Shown here: positions 39,809 to 48,904 of the stretch, piece after piece
How the letters are laid out: the number at the start of each line of letters is the position of its first letter
Numbering within the stretch: the first letter of the stretch is position 1
NCBI GenBank assembly: GCA_041690135.1
Contig: JAWLHY010000016.1
Coordinates: 64,001 to 128,000 of the forward strand
Direction: 5' to 3'
DNA length: 64,000 nt
From: Armatimonadota bacterium
GTDB lineage: Bacteria > Armatimonadota > SYMT01
Notes under the pieces: model-generated
Databases searched by the model: none
The model's input: only the letters and a program-made list of their open reading frames with translations
What the model was told of the DNA's origin: nothing
Program-made: the position numbers and the translations under genes

Positions 39809-40174
39809 ATGCGGATTGGATCGATTGTTATCAATTGCAGCGACTTCGAGGCGATGCTTCGCTTCTGGCAGGAGGCGCTTCACTACGTGCCGCGAGAGCC
39901 GCCTTCGGATGGCTGGGTCGTCCTGTGCGACCCCCGCGGCCCCAACGTGAATGTCTCGCTTCAGCAGGTTACGGAGCCGCGTGTCGAGCGGAACCGCCTC
40001 CACCTGGACCTTTACACCTCCGACCGGGAGGCCGAAGTCGCGCGCCTTCTGGCATTGGGCGCCACGCGGCACCCGCGCCACGCTGACCCGGATGAAGACT
40101 TTGTCGTTCTGGCCGACCCGGATGGTAATCTCTTTTGCGTGGTCGAAAAACTCCCGGTCAGCGGACCAGTTTGA
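39809..40174 (+). CDS. VOC/glyoxalase-like protein
   Basis: FWQEAL, NRLHLDL, VVLADPDGNLFCVV. Confidence 0.9.
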   Translation: MRIGSIVINCSDFEAMLRFWQEALHYVPREPPSDGWVVLCDPRGPNVNVSLQQVTEPRVERNRLHLDLYTSDREAEVARLLALGATRHPRHADPDEDFVVLADPDGNLFCVVEKLPVSGPV

Positions 40175-41222
40175 AAGTGGCGCGGCGGACGCTGAAGCTG
40201 TCTTCCCCCGAAAAGACCAGGTGTGCGGTCCGCCCGTCTTCGCTCATCCATTTCGAGGGGAAGTCCCCGTGTTCGCCCGGGCCGACGTCCCACTTCGGAG
40301 TATGGAATGCGGTGGTCCAGGGGCCCCACGGTTCGGGAGCGTCGTAGACGGCAAAACCGCCTTCGAACCGGGTGTCGCCGCGGTCCCGGTGCCCCGGCGG
40401 CTGCGGGATCTGCTGCCACCACAGATAGCGCTTCAGGCCGGCGTTGTACGTCATTGCGGACCGGAGGCAGCCATCCCGGTGGTAGAAGACACCAGCGCGC
40501 TGCTGGATATCGCGGGTCCAGCGGGGGCGCTGTTTCGCATCGAAGCCGGCAAAGAACTCCCAGTCGGACCGCTCGGTCAGCTTCTCACGCGGCGCGCGCA
40601 TCAGAATGAAGCGGTCCGCGGGGGTATCTGCCAGCGGGCCGTCGTGGGAGTAGGCATAGACCCAGGCGTCACGCGCGCCGGCGTAGTCCTTTCCGTAGTT
40701 GACGAAACCCACCAGGCCGAACTCCGGAAACTTCCAGTCGGCGAAGGTCCAGGTGCGCGCGTGGTCCCGGGACCAGGCGAGTTGCGCGGTCCCGCCCTTC
40801 TGGTCCGCGTGTCCTAACCAGAGGTAGAGCGTTCCGGCCACGGAAAGGATCCCCCACCCCTTCTTGCCGTTACGCCCTTGCCCGATTTGCTCGGCATCCG
40901 ACCGCACATTGGTCCCTGTAAAATCGGTCGGAGATCCGGTGACCCGCGCGAAGCCGCAACTCAGTTTCTTCTCCACCCTGGGCACAAAGCCCGTGCCGTC
41001 GCCCCAGGTGGTGTAAAGCGCGTCGTCGTCGGCCCAGGTTACGGGCCAGTTGTCTCCGTCCTTCGCTTTCCGGACGATGCTCTCTACCGGCGCCCACTCC
41101 ACCGCCCGGATAACCGGACTGGGTGGGTAGGGTGGTTTCGGAGCTTCGGTGCCTGCCTGGGTGGCTACCGCAAGGGAGGCCATCCCCAGCAGCAAGGAGC
41201 CCACCGCTAACCGGATCCACAT
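40158..41222 (-). CDS. Secreted beta-propeller protein (DUF4185-like)
   Basis: Signal peptide; DGDNWPVTWADDDALYTTWGDG, YDAPEPWGPWT, FPSKWMS. Confidence 0.75.
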   Translation of the reverse strand: MWIRLAVGSLLLGMASLAVATQAGTEAPKPPYPPSPVIRAVEWAPVESIVRKAKDGDNWPVTWADDDALYTTWGDGTGFVPRVEKKLSCGFARVTGSPTDFTGTNVRSDAEQIGQGRNGKKGWGILSVAGTLYLWLGHADQKGGTAQLAWSRDHARTWTFADWKFPEFGLVGFVNYGKDYAGARDAWVYAYSHDGPLADTPADRFILMRAPREKLTERSDWEFFAGFDAKQRPRWTRDIQQRAGVFYHRDGCLRSAMTYNAGLKRYLWWQQIPQPPGHRDRGDTRFEGGFAVYDAPEPWGPWTTAFHTPKWDVGPGEHGDFPSKWMSEDGRTAHLVFSGEDSFSVRRATFKLVR

Positions 41223-41363
41223 TTCCCTGTTCCTTCTGCCCTTGCCGGTGCTCGGCGAAAAAGCACGCCACTTCTGTGTTAGCACGGTAATGGTCAATTG
41301 CCCTGGAACGGCTCTTTTAGACGAGAGATTGCCCGCTTTCTCTCGATCCTGTATGATAGCCGC

Positions 41364-41594
41364 ATGAAACCTGAAACTCACACTCAATGCCTGTTGCGGC
41401 GAGGCGCGTTGCAACAGGTCGCCTGGGTTCCCAGCGCCTTTGCCCGCGAAGGGTTGACGGTCAAAGTTCAGAACGATGACGACAGTTGGGACCCGGGCTG
41501 GCAGGTAGCCGCCCGCTACACCACGCTCCCCACAACCACCGTGAAGGAGCGGAGCCGGGACTGCGAGCGGACTCGCAAGGCGAGCGACCGTTAG
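41364..41594 (+). CDS. Small hypothetical protein
   Basis: MKPETHTQCLLRRG...AWVP...GW...RSRD..RTRKASD; TATGAT 6 nt before the ATG. Confidence 0.65.
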   Translation: MKPETHTQCLLRRGALQQVAWVPSAFAREGLTVKVQNDDDSWDPGWQVAARYTTLPTTTVKERSRDCERTRKASDR

Positions 41595-41682
41595 GCATTC
41601 CGGCGTCTCCCCGGTATAGCCGGGGAGACGCTTTCGCCGTACCACTTCTCGCGCATCCCTGCTGATTTCCGGAGGGTGGACG

Positions 41683-42204
41683 ATGGCCCACCTGCATCTT
41701 GAACCTGAGAGCGTGCCCTGCAAGTTCACCTCCGCTTCTGAAGGTGCGGAGCGGGCGAGGCGGGACACCTACGGACGCACCCTGGATGATGCCCGCCGTG
41801 ACGACCGGAATTGGTTCGAGTTACGCCGGCGGCGGATGGTGCGGTGGATGATCCGGGTACGTGACCTTTATGGCATTATCTATCGGTTAGTACTGGCCGG
41901 CGGGCTTGGCGCTGCTTTTCTTGGCCTCACGGTGCCGATCTACGGTCTCATGTGCCTCAACTGGCGGGAACCGAGCACACTGGAGATCTGCACTGCGGCC
42001 GCACTGCTGATGGTGTTGGTAGCCGTTACCGAGCAATTGGCTCGAGCAACGACCGTCGGAGCCCTACGCCTGTTGCGCTCGCTGGCGGCGCAGGAGGGGA
42101 TCGAGATCCCGGAGCCCGTCAACTTTCCGTGGCAGCGACCACGGAAGATACCGCCCCCTCCCGTACCCCAACGCGACGCGGGCGGACGGTACTACCTCTC
42201 CTAA
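41683..42204 (+). CDS. Hypothetical membrane protein (2 TM)
   Basis: GGAGG RBS; two hydrophobic helices and a Pro-rich tail. Confidence 0.6.
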   Translation: MAHLHLEPESVPCKFTSASEGAERARRDTYGRTLDDARRDDRNWFELRRRRMVRWMIRVRDLYGIIYRLVLAGGLGAAFLGLTVPIYGLMCLNWREPSTLEICTAAALLMVLVAVTEQLARATTVGALRLLRSLAAQEGIEIPEPVNFPWQRPRKIPPPPVPQRDAGGRYYLS

Positions 42205-42750
42205 CCCGGCGTAGCCGGATCCAAGAGGGAAACGGCGTCATCCATACGGACTTGCAGTTGCGAAGGAGCCTTAGCGACCCTATGCTCCGTCGGGTAAACT
42301 CGCGCCCCGCAGAGGGGGGACCTCGTACCCGAATGCGACATGGTCCAAAGCACTACAGGCGTGGCTAGCGGCGGACTGGCTGGGGCTCGCAAACCGCAGG
42401 TCCGTATGGATGTCGCGCGCTAGTTTTCCGAAGCGACACCAGGTATGTGCGCTTCGCAAAGCGGCGCACTGTTGAAAGATAAATACGTGTAAAATTGGCG
42501 CTCGACCTGCCGCTATAGTTCCTCCGTGAAAGGTCCGCCCTTTGCTGGCGCATCCTCTCGAGCGTCGGTTTTGAGCCGGCGATGTCCGAGCTTCCTATCG
42601 GTGTCAAGTCCCGATCAGGATTCCGCGACAACTCCCGCACAACTCCGCTACAGGCTCCCGGGCAGGAAATCCGCTCGGTAAGACCAGAACATGGTGGAGG
42701 TGTCGCACGACCCCAGGTGAGCCGCCGTTCGTGGCGGAGGAGCAAGTATC

Positions 42751-44058
42751 ATGTCCGAACAGGTAGAGAACGGCGTCGGATCGTCCAGTCGCCGCCAGTT
42801 TCTGAAGACCGCCACGGCCGCCGGCTCGACGGCCGCCCTCCTTTCCTCCGGGAATTTCGCGTACGCCCAGGGGTCCGACCAGATCAAGATCGGTCTCATC
42901 GGCTGCGGCGGGCGCGGCGCGGGCGCTGCCGTGGATGCGCTCCAGGCCGATCCGGGTGTCTACCTGACGGCGATGGCCGATGCTGTGCCCGCACCCCTCG
43001 AGCGGAGCCTGGGCCTCCTTCGCAAACACGAGAAGTACGGCCAGCGCGTACAGGTTACGGATGCGAACCAGTTCATCGGACTGGACGCCTACCAGCGGGT
43101 GATGGATAGCAACGTGGACGTGGTGCTCCTCTGCACGCCGCCCGGCTTCCGACCGCTGCACATCAAGGCAGCCGTGGCCGCCGGCAAGCACATCTTTGCC
43201 GAGAAGCCGATGGGAACGGACGTGGCCGGAACCCTGGCCGCGCTGCGGGCAGTGAACGAGGGGCGCAAAGACCGCTGCTTCCTCTCCGGCTTCTGCTACC
43301 GCTACGCGGAGCCGCACCGGGCGTTCTACAAGCGCCTGCATGAGGGAGCGATTGGCCCCGTGCGCTTCGTCCACGCCACCTACCTCACGGGTCCCGTCAA
43401 GCCCATGCCGCCGGCCTCCAGCCGCCCCAAGGGGATGAGCGACGTGGAGTGGCAGATCCGCAACTGGTACAACTTCGTCTGGCTTAGTGGGGACGGGCTG
43501 ATCGAACAGGCGTGCCACAGCGTCGACAAGATCCTGTGGGCGATGAAGGACGTGCCGCCGGTTCGCTGCGTCGGCTCCGGTGGGCGCGTACAGCCGAATA
43601 ACGAAGGCAATATCTTCGACCACATGGATGTCTTCTACGAATGGGCCGACGGCACGCGGGCAACGATGGCGCAGCGGCAGATCGCCGGGGTTTCCCACAA
43701 TGACAATACGGACTACGTGATCGGCGCCAAGGGCACGGGGACCGTCCACTTCGCCTCCGCCGAGATGACCGGAGAGACGCCGTGGCGCACCGACCCGCCG
43801 AAGAAGACGATGTACCAGCTCGAGCACGATGCCCTCTTCGCGGCGATCCGCAAGGGCAAGCCGATCCGCGAGCAGGAGAAGATGGCGCGCAGCACCCTGG
43901 CCGGCCTGATGGGGCGGATGGCCGCCTACACCGGCGCCGCCGTTACCTGGGACCAGTTGCTGAAGTCGGGCGAGGACCTCTTCCCGAAAGACCTCGACTG
44001 GAACGGAAAGCTGCCGATTCCTCCCATGGCTACTCCGGGCAAGCCGGCACTCGGATAG
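42751..44058 (+). CDS. Gfo/Idh/MocA oxidoreductase, Tat leader
   Basis: SRRQFLK, IGLIGCGGRG, TPPGFRP, FAEKP, EQACH. Confidence 0.93.
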   Translation: MSEQVENGVGSSSRRQFLKTATAAGSTAALLSSGNFAYAQGSDQIKIGLIGCGGRGAGAAVDALQADPGVYLTAMADAVPAPLERSLGLLRKHEKYGQRVQVTDANQFIGLDAYQRVMDSNVDVVLLCTPPGFRPLHIKAAVAAGKHIFAEKPMGTDVAGTLAALRAVNEGRKDRCFLSGFCYRYAEPHRAFYKRLHEGAIGPVRFVHATYLTGPVKPMPPASSRPKGMSDVEWQIRNWYNFVWLSGDGLIEQACHSVDKILWAMKDVPPVRCVGSGGRVQPNNEGNIFDHMDVFYEWADGTRATMAQRQIAGVSHNDNTDYVIGAKGTGTVHFASAEMTGETPWRTDPPKKTMYQLEHDALFAAIRKGKPIREQEKMARSTLAGLMGRMAAYTGAAVTWDQLLKSGEDLFPKDLDWNGKLPIPPMATPGKPALG

Positions 44059-44073
44059 GCGCGGAGAATCCTG

Positions 44074-44961
44074 ATGAAACGACGAGATTTCCTCGCGCAG
44101 TCCGTAGCGGGAGCGGCAGTACTCTCCGGGGTGGCAAACCCGCAGCCGGCGGCCGCCCAGGCGAATGGCATGAAGAAAGCAATCACCTACTCGATGCTGC
44201 CTTCCGCGCTTCCCCCCGCCGACCGGTTCAAACTAGCGAAGGACTGCGGCTTCGACGGGGTGGAGATGCCGGCGGTCCCGGTGGCGGAGTGTGACGCGCT
44301 CCGCTCCGCCGCGGAGAAAGCCGGAATCCGCCTGCACTCCGTGATCTACGGCGGCTGGAACCCACCCCTGACCCACCCCGATGCCGCTCAGCGGGAGCAG
44401 AGCTTCAAGAATGCGGAAGCGTCACTCCACAGTGCCAAGGCCCTGGGGGCGGATTGCATCCTGCTCGTCCCGGGCATCGTCAATGCGAACACTCCCTACA
44501 AGAGCGCCTACCAGTGGGCGCAGGAAGGGGTCCGGAAGCTAGTTCCGACAGCGGAGAAGTTGAAGATTCCCATCCTTCTCGAGGAGGTGTGGAACAACTT
44601 CCTGTTCAGCCCGCTGGAGTTCAACGCCTTCGTCGATAGCTTCAAGAGCCCCTGGGTGCAGGCATACTTCGACGTCGGCAACGTGGTCCCGTTCGGCTGG
44701 CCCGAAGACTGGATCCGCACGCTCGGACCTCGGATCAAGAAGGTCCACCTGAAGGACTTCAAGGGCGGCCCTGGTTTGTTCCAGGCAATCGGTGGAAGCT
44801 TCGTCAACCTGCGTGACGGCAGCGTCAACTGGCCGGAGGTCCGCAAGGCGTTCTCCGATATCGGCTACCAGGGCTGGATGACCTGCGAGCTCCGCGGCGG
44901 CGACGCGGAGTATCTGAAGGACGTGAGCAAGCGGGTGGACCTGATCCTGGAAGGGAAGTAG
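44074..44961 (+). CDS. Sugar-phosphate isomerase/epimerase (xylose-isomerase-like TIM barrel), Tat leader
   Basis: KRRDFL, GFDGVE, EEVWN, YFDVGN, HLKD. Confidence 0.9.
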   Translation: MKRRDFLAQSVAGAAVLSGVANPQPAAAQANGMKKAITYSMLPSALPPADRFKLAKDCGFDGVEMPAVPVAECDALRSAAEKAGIRLHSVIYGGWNPPLTHPDAAQREQSFKNAEASLHSAKALGADCILLVPGIVNANTPYKSAYQWAQEGVRKLVPTAEKLKIPILLEEVWNNFLFSPLEFNAFVDSFKSPWVQAYFDVGNVVPFGWPEDWIRTLGPRIKKVHLKDFKGGPGLFQAIGGSFVNLRDGSVNWPEVRKAFSDIGYQGWMTCELRGGDAEYLKDVSKRVDLILEGK

Positions 44962-44994
44962 CGATAACAGCCCGGCAGGACGGCAAACGCAATT

Positions 44995-45023
44995 AACCGC
45001 CAAAACGCCAAGAGCGCCAAGAG
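44995..45023. repeat. 8-9-nt tandem array (CGCCAA core x3)
   Basis: aaccgccaa aacgccaa gagcgccaa gag, downstream of the epimerase stop. Confidence 0.65.
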
Positions 45024-45109
45024 AAAGAAACGAGCCAAGGCTTATAGGACTGGGGAGGCGTTTGTCACGCCGGACAAATGGCCCATTAGAAGTCCAGACC
45101 TCAACGCAG

Positions 45110-45154
45110 ACTGCCGGCCCGGCCTTTGAGCCGCGGCCGGCAGTTGTTTGCTTT
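45110..45154 (+). terminator. Rho-independent terminator
   Basis: ACTGCCGGCC-CGGC...GCCG-C-GGCCGGCAGT stem followed by TGTTTGCTTT. Confidence 0.65.
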
Positions 45155-45395
45155 CACCACTTCGGGAGGTCAAAAAGGTAATAGACATCGCCGCGACGGT
45201 TCGTATGGGTAACTGGCACGCGTGAGGTCACTCCTGAAGCGGGCATCCATGGTGCTACAAGCTTCGTCCCAGTTCCCTTTCCGCGGGCGATGTTCCTACT
45301 GGGAGGTAACGGGATCCGGTTTCCGCCGCTGCGAATGCCGGTAAACAGCAAACAACAACGGTTTCTAATGAGCAGGGACGGAAACGAGGTTCCAG

Positions 45396-45914
45396 ATGCC
45401 GGCTACACGCGCACATCGGGCCGGGCAACGGCTCCCCCACTGGGGCTGGCTTGCCGGAACACTGGCATTGGGTCTGCTCCTCTGGGTGCTGACCGCCGTG
45501 GTCGAACGGAACGATCGGACGGTACCTGCACCCACGGAGCGCGTGGCCGGCCAACGCCAGGAGCTGCGGGAGGGCGTCCTGCCGTTGGCGACCGTCATCG
45601 GTGACCCGGAAGCGCACCTGGACCGGACCGTCTCCGGAACCGCTTACGTCGTCCAGGTCGTTTCGGACCGCGCTCTCTGGCTGGAACGGGACAACGAGCG
45701 GCTGCTGGCCGTCTTTCACAAGCCCGCACTCACGGCCGGGAGCTTGTTACCCGGGCAGCCGATATGGCTCACCGGGCGGGTGCTGGACGCGCAGCAGGCG
45801 GTTGGCATGTCTCCCGCGGTTGTGCTGGAGTCCGAAACGCTCCAGGTCCTGGGTCAGCAAAAGGCCTTCCTACTGGCTCACGCCGAGGACTTCGAGGTTC
45901 TGGGTTCTCCGTAG
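45396..45914 (+). CDS. Hypothetical membrane-anchored protein (possible OB-fold)
   Basis: GAGG RBS; N-terminal TM helix; VSGTAYVVQVVSDRALWL beta-rich segment. Confidence 0.6.
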   Translation: MPATRAHRAGQRLPHWGWLAGTLALGLLLWVLTAVVERNDRTVPAPTERVAGQRQELREGVLPLATVIGDPEAHLDRTVSGTAYVVQVVSDRALWLERDNERLLAVFHKPALTAGSLLPGQPIWLTGRVLDAQQAVGMSPAVVLESETLQVLGQQKAFLLAHAEDFEVLGSP

Positions 45915-46225
45915 AACGGCCCAGGTGGATCCTATTGCTCCGCGTACCGGTCACCGGCAGCCGGCCGGCTCATCGTAGACAGCCGGCAGAACCCTTCATT
46001 GTCCGCAAATAGGCTGGCCGAATTCTCGCCTTCATGAGGCAACCCGGCCTCTTGAACCACTCCCTTCATGCCAGGATAGTACTGTTACAGGCAATACTCC
46101 TTCGCGTGCGTGCTTGTCGGCAGCTGCGTTACTCTGGAGGAGAGCGCGGCCCCGTTTCCGTATTGGTTTTGACCTGTACCTTGCTTTCCACGGTATCCGC
46201 TTCTGCCGGTCTCGGGAGTTCTACC

Positions 46226-48094
46226 TTGAAGAAAAGCGTCCTCGTCACCGCCTCCCTATTGCTCTTCACGGTCGCCGCTGGGCCTGTCGGTCCGCTATAT
46301 GCGCAAGGCATGGCTGCGGAGGCCCAGCCGTCTTTCGCATCCTATTCCGCCGCGCTCCAGGCGGGTGAGAAGCTTTTCGGCGACCGCAAGTACAAAGATG
46401 CCCGGACTGCCTACGAGTCCGCCTTATCCCTGGCTAAAACGGATGACGAGCGGGCGGAAGCGTTCTTCGGCGCGGCTCGGACCCACGAAAAGGAGTTGGT
46501 GATCCGCGAGGTGCGGTCCGGAAAGTTCGCGACCCGTCGCGAGTCTTTTACGGATTACGAAGCGGCTCGCCGGAAGTATGGAGAGGTGGAAAAGCTGCCC
46601 GGTCTCTCGTCGGAGAAGAAGGCCGATGCCAGGGTAGCCCTTGCAAACACCTACGCGCTGGCGGGTGCGAGGACCGAAGCACGGGAACAGTTTACGAAAC
46701 TGCTCGACGCCGGACTTCCGCCGGCGGCCCGCGCGACGGCCCTTGTGGGGCGCGCGGAATCGTATCTGAACGGTGTTCTTGCTTCCTCTTCGGACGTGAC
46801 CCTGGCGATGGCGGACCTCGAGCTGGCCCTCAAGGTGGAGGGAATCCGGGACCCGCAGAAGGCGGATGCACTCCTGCGGCTGTCGGAGCTTTACTTCCGC
46901 ACGCTCAACAAATCGCAGGTGCCGGCGAACCTGGCCGCCGTCATCTCGCTCCCCGGCGCTACCGGGGCACAAAAGGCCAAAGCGTACTTGATGAGCGGCA
47001 ACCTCCACCACTTGAACAAGGATACGGAAAAGGCCCGGGCCGCCTGGAGCCAGATTCCGCTGCTACCCGGAGTGGCCGCGGATCAGAAGGTGCTGGCGCA
47101 TCGGAACGTGGCACAGACCTACCTCACCGAGAAGAAGATCGAGGAGGCCCAGGGTGAACTGGAAAAGGCCGCCCAGCTTCCCGAACTCACCGTGTTCGAG
47201 AAGGCCGCGCTCTATGAGGATATGGGCGATATCTACCTGGCTGCTGCCAACTACGCGGCGGCCCGCTCGGCGTTCGCCCGTATCGTAGCGTTGCCGGATG
47301 CGGGTCCCCTGCGCCATAAGGACGCCAGAATCAAGACCGGGCAGGCGTTCGAGAAGGAGAAGAACTACGCCGCTGCCCGCGAAACCTGGGAGAACCTGGC
47401 GGGTGGAAAGGATGTCGGCGCCACGGAAGCACTCCGGCTGATAGCGATCTCCTACGTAACCGAGAAAGACTACCCGGCCGCACGGGCGGTCTTCGAACGG
47501 TGGCTCGCAGTCCCGGTCGCCAGTTACTGGAAAGAAGACGCCTGGCTTCTGATGGGGCAGGTCTACGAGCGGGAGATGAACTGGACTGCGGCCCGGGATG
47601 CCTACGGGAAGCTGGGGCAGGATCCGAAAGCGCGCAACACCCGCAAGGTGCACGCGGTGCTCGGCGTGGCCCGCACCTATCAGGCCGAGAAGAACGAAGA
47701 GGCGGTTCTTCAAGCCTACGCCACCCTTCCGGCTGCCTTTAAGGTGGAAGATCAGATTTCACCCGCGGAGCAGAGCGAACTGAACCAGATGCGCACGGCG
47801 CTCCTGGAGCAGCTGAAGAAGCTGGCCGCGGCCCGGAGCCAGGATAAGGACAAGTTGCCGCAAGCCGTCTCCCTCTTGCGAACTGCCGAGGGTATCAGTT
47901 TCATCCGCACAGCGAAGGCCACGGTTCTGCTCCAACTTGCCAATCTGTACTTTGCCCACGGAATGCTCGCAGAAGCGAAAGTGGAGTATCAGAAGGTGGT
48001 GCAAGACGGCTTCACCGCTGAACAGCAACAGGCCAGACAGAAGCTAAAGGAGATTGAGGAGAAGGAGAAGGCGGCTGCGGGCGCCGCGGGCTAA
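46226..48094 (+). CDS. Secreted tetratricopeptide-repeat protein
   Basis: TTG start after GGGAG; signal peptide; repeated TPR helices (MGDIYLAAANYAAARSAF). Confidence 0.8.
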   Translation: MKKSVLVTASLLLFTVAAGPVGPLYAQGMAAEAQPSFASYSAALQAGEKLFGDRKYKDARTAYESALSLAKTDDERAEAFFGAARTHEKELVIREVRSGKFATRRESFTDYEAARRKYGEVEKLPGLSSEKKADARVALANTYALAGARTEAREQFTKLLDAGLPPAARATALVGRAESYLNGVLASSSDVTLAMADLELALKVEGIRDPQKADALLRLSELYFRTLNKSQVPANLAAVISLPGATGAQKAKAYLMSGNLHHLNKDTEKARAAWSQIPLLPGVAADQKVLAHRNVAQTYLTEKKIEEAQGELEKAAQLPELTVFEKAALYEDMGDIYLAAANYAAARSAFARIVALPDAGPLRHKDARIKTGQAFEKEKNYAAARETWENLAGGKDVGATEALRLIAISYVTEKDYPAARAVFERWLAVPVASYWKEDAWLLMGQVYEREMNWTAARDAYGKLGQDPKARNTRKVHAVLGVARTYQAEKNEEAVLQAYATLPAAFKVEDQISPAEQSELNQMRTALLEQLKKLAAARSQDKDKLPQAVSLLRTAEGISFIRTAKATVLLQLANLYFAHGMLAEAKVEYQKVVQDGFTAEQQQARQKLKEIEEKEKAAAGAAG

Positions 48095-48105
48095 CGATGG
48101 GGAAC

Positions 48106-48146
48106 ACCGGCGGTGCGGGTCATGGCGACGTGACGGCACCGCCGGT
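48106..48146. terminator. Hairpin between convergent genes
   Basis: ACCGGCGGTGC / GCACCGCCGGT, 11-bp inverted repeat. Confidence 0.5.
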
Positions 48147-48737
48147 AGCGTGCCCCTTAAGTTTCTCCTGCTCGTCCAGGTGGGGTACCCAGACGATCCG
48201 CCCATCGATCTTCAACGCTAACACCTTGTCGGGGTCCGGCGCCGCCGGCGGGTAGTGGCCCTGGCACCAAACAATGGTAGTATTGGCGCCGAATCGCTGT
48301 TCCAACTGATGTCGCTTCCGGGCCTGTCCCAGTAGAGCTTCCTCTCGCTCCTCTGCTCCCGTCAACAGCAAGTGCGGGTCCACAAAGAACTCGTAACCGT
48401 AGGCGGTGGCCAGGTGACCCGGCGGGGATTCTGGACGTGGATACTTGGGGCACCGGAATACACGGGGATCGGAAATGTAGCGCGGGTAGAGACCTGGGAT
48501 GGCAGTACCGTTGGGGTGCGTAAAGCTCGTCAGGATGGGGGGATCAGTTCCCCAATCCTGACGGTAGAGTGCGAGGGCGGCACTGATTTGCAGCAGGTTG
48601 GCCTGGCACGCGGTGTGTGCCGATACTTCCGGATGGGGTCGCGACCAGTACCACCGCAATCCGACCAGGAGACAAAGGCCGGTTACCAGCAGAAATGCCA
48701 GGACCGCGCCGACTTCCCAGGTTCGTTTCCGAGTCAT
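48120..48737 (-). CDS. Pseudopilin/DUF1559-like membrane-anchored protein
   Basis: TM helix followed by CQANLLQISAALALYRQD, LYPRYI..VFRCP, H...DG. Confidence 0.7.
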   Translation of the reverse strand: MTRKRTWEVGAVLAFLLVTGLCLLVGLRWYWSRPHPEVSAHTACQANLLQISAALALYRQDWGTDPPILTSFTHPNGTAIPGLYPRYISDPRVFRCPKYPRPESPPGHLATAYGYEFFVDPHLLLTGAEEREEALLGQARKRHQLEQRFGANTTIVWCQGHYPPAAPDPDKVLALKIDGRIVWVPHLDEQEKLKGHATGGAVTSP

Positions 48738-48904
48738 CGCAACCAGCCTTTCGAGGACACATCCTGTCTTTCGTCCTTATACGGCAAAGCTGGAATGCTG
48801 GTTACCTGCCAGGCAGAGGTCTTTTGCTTCCCCTTGCCGACGTACGTGCGGAAGGAAGCGGCAGCTAACCCTTCGAATCTAACAGCGATCGATCTTTCGC
48901 CTTC

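Noticed and set aside
42205-42750. Long intergenic region checked for riboswitch or ncRNA (also 15251-15675 and 55400-55645)
   Set aside because: Only scattered hairpins and promoter-like AT patches; no recognisable conserved RNA motif.
45965-45973. Short match to the tRNA-Lys 3' end (possible attR)
   Set aside because: Only about 10 GC-rich bases match and no integrase is present, so it is consistent with chance.
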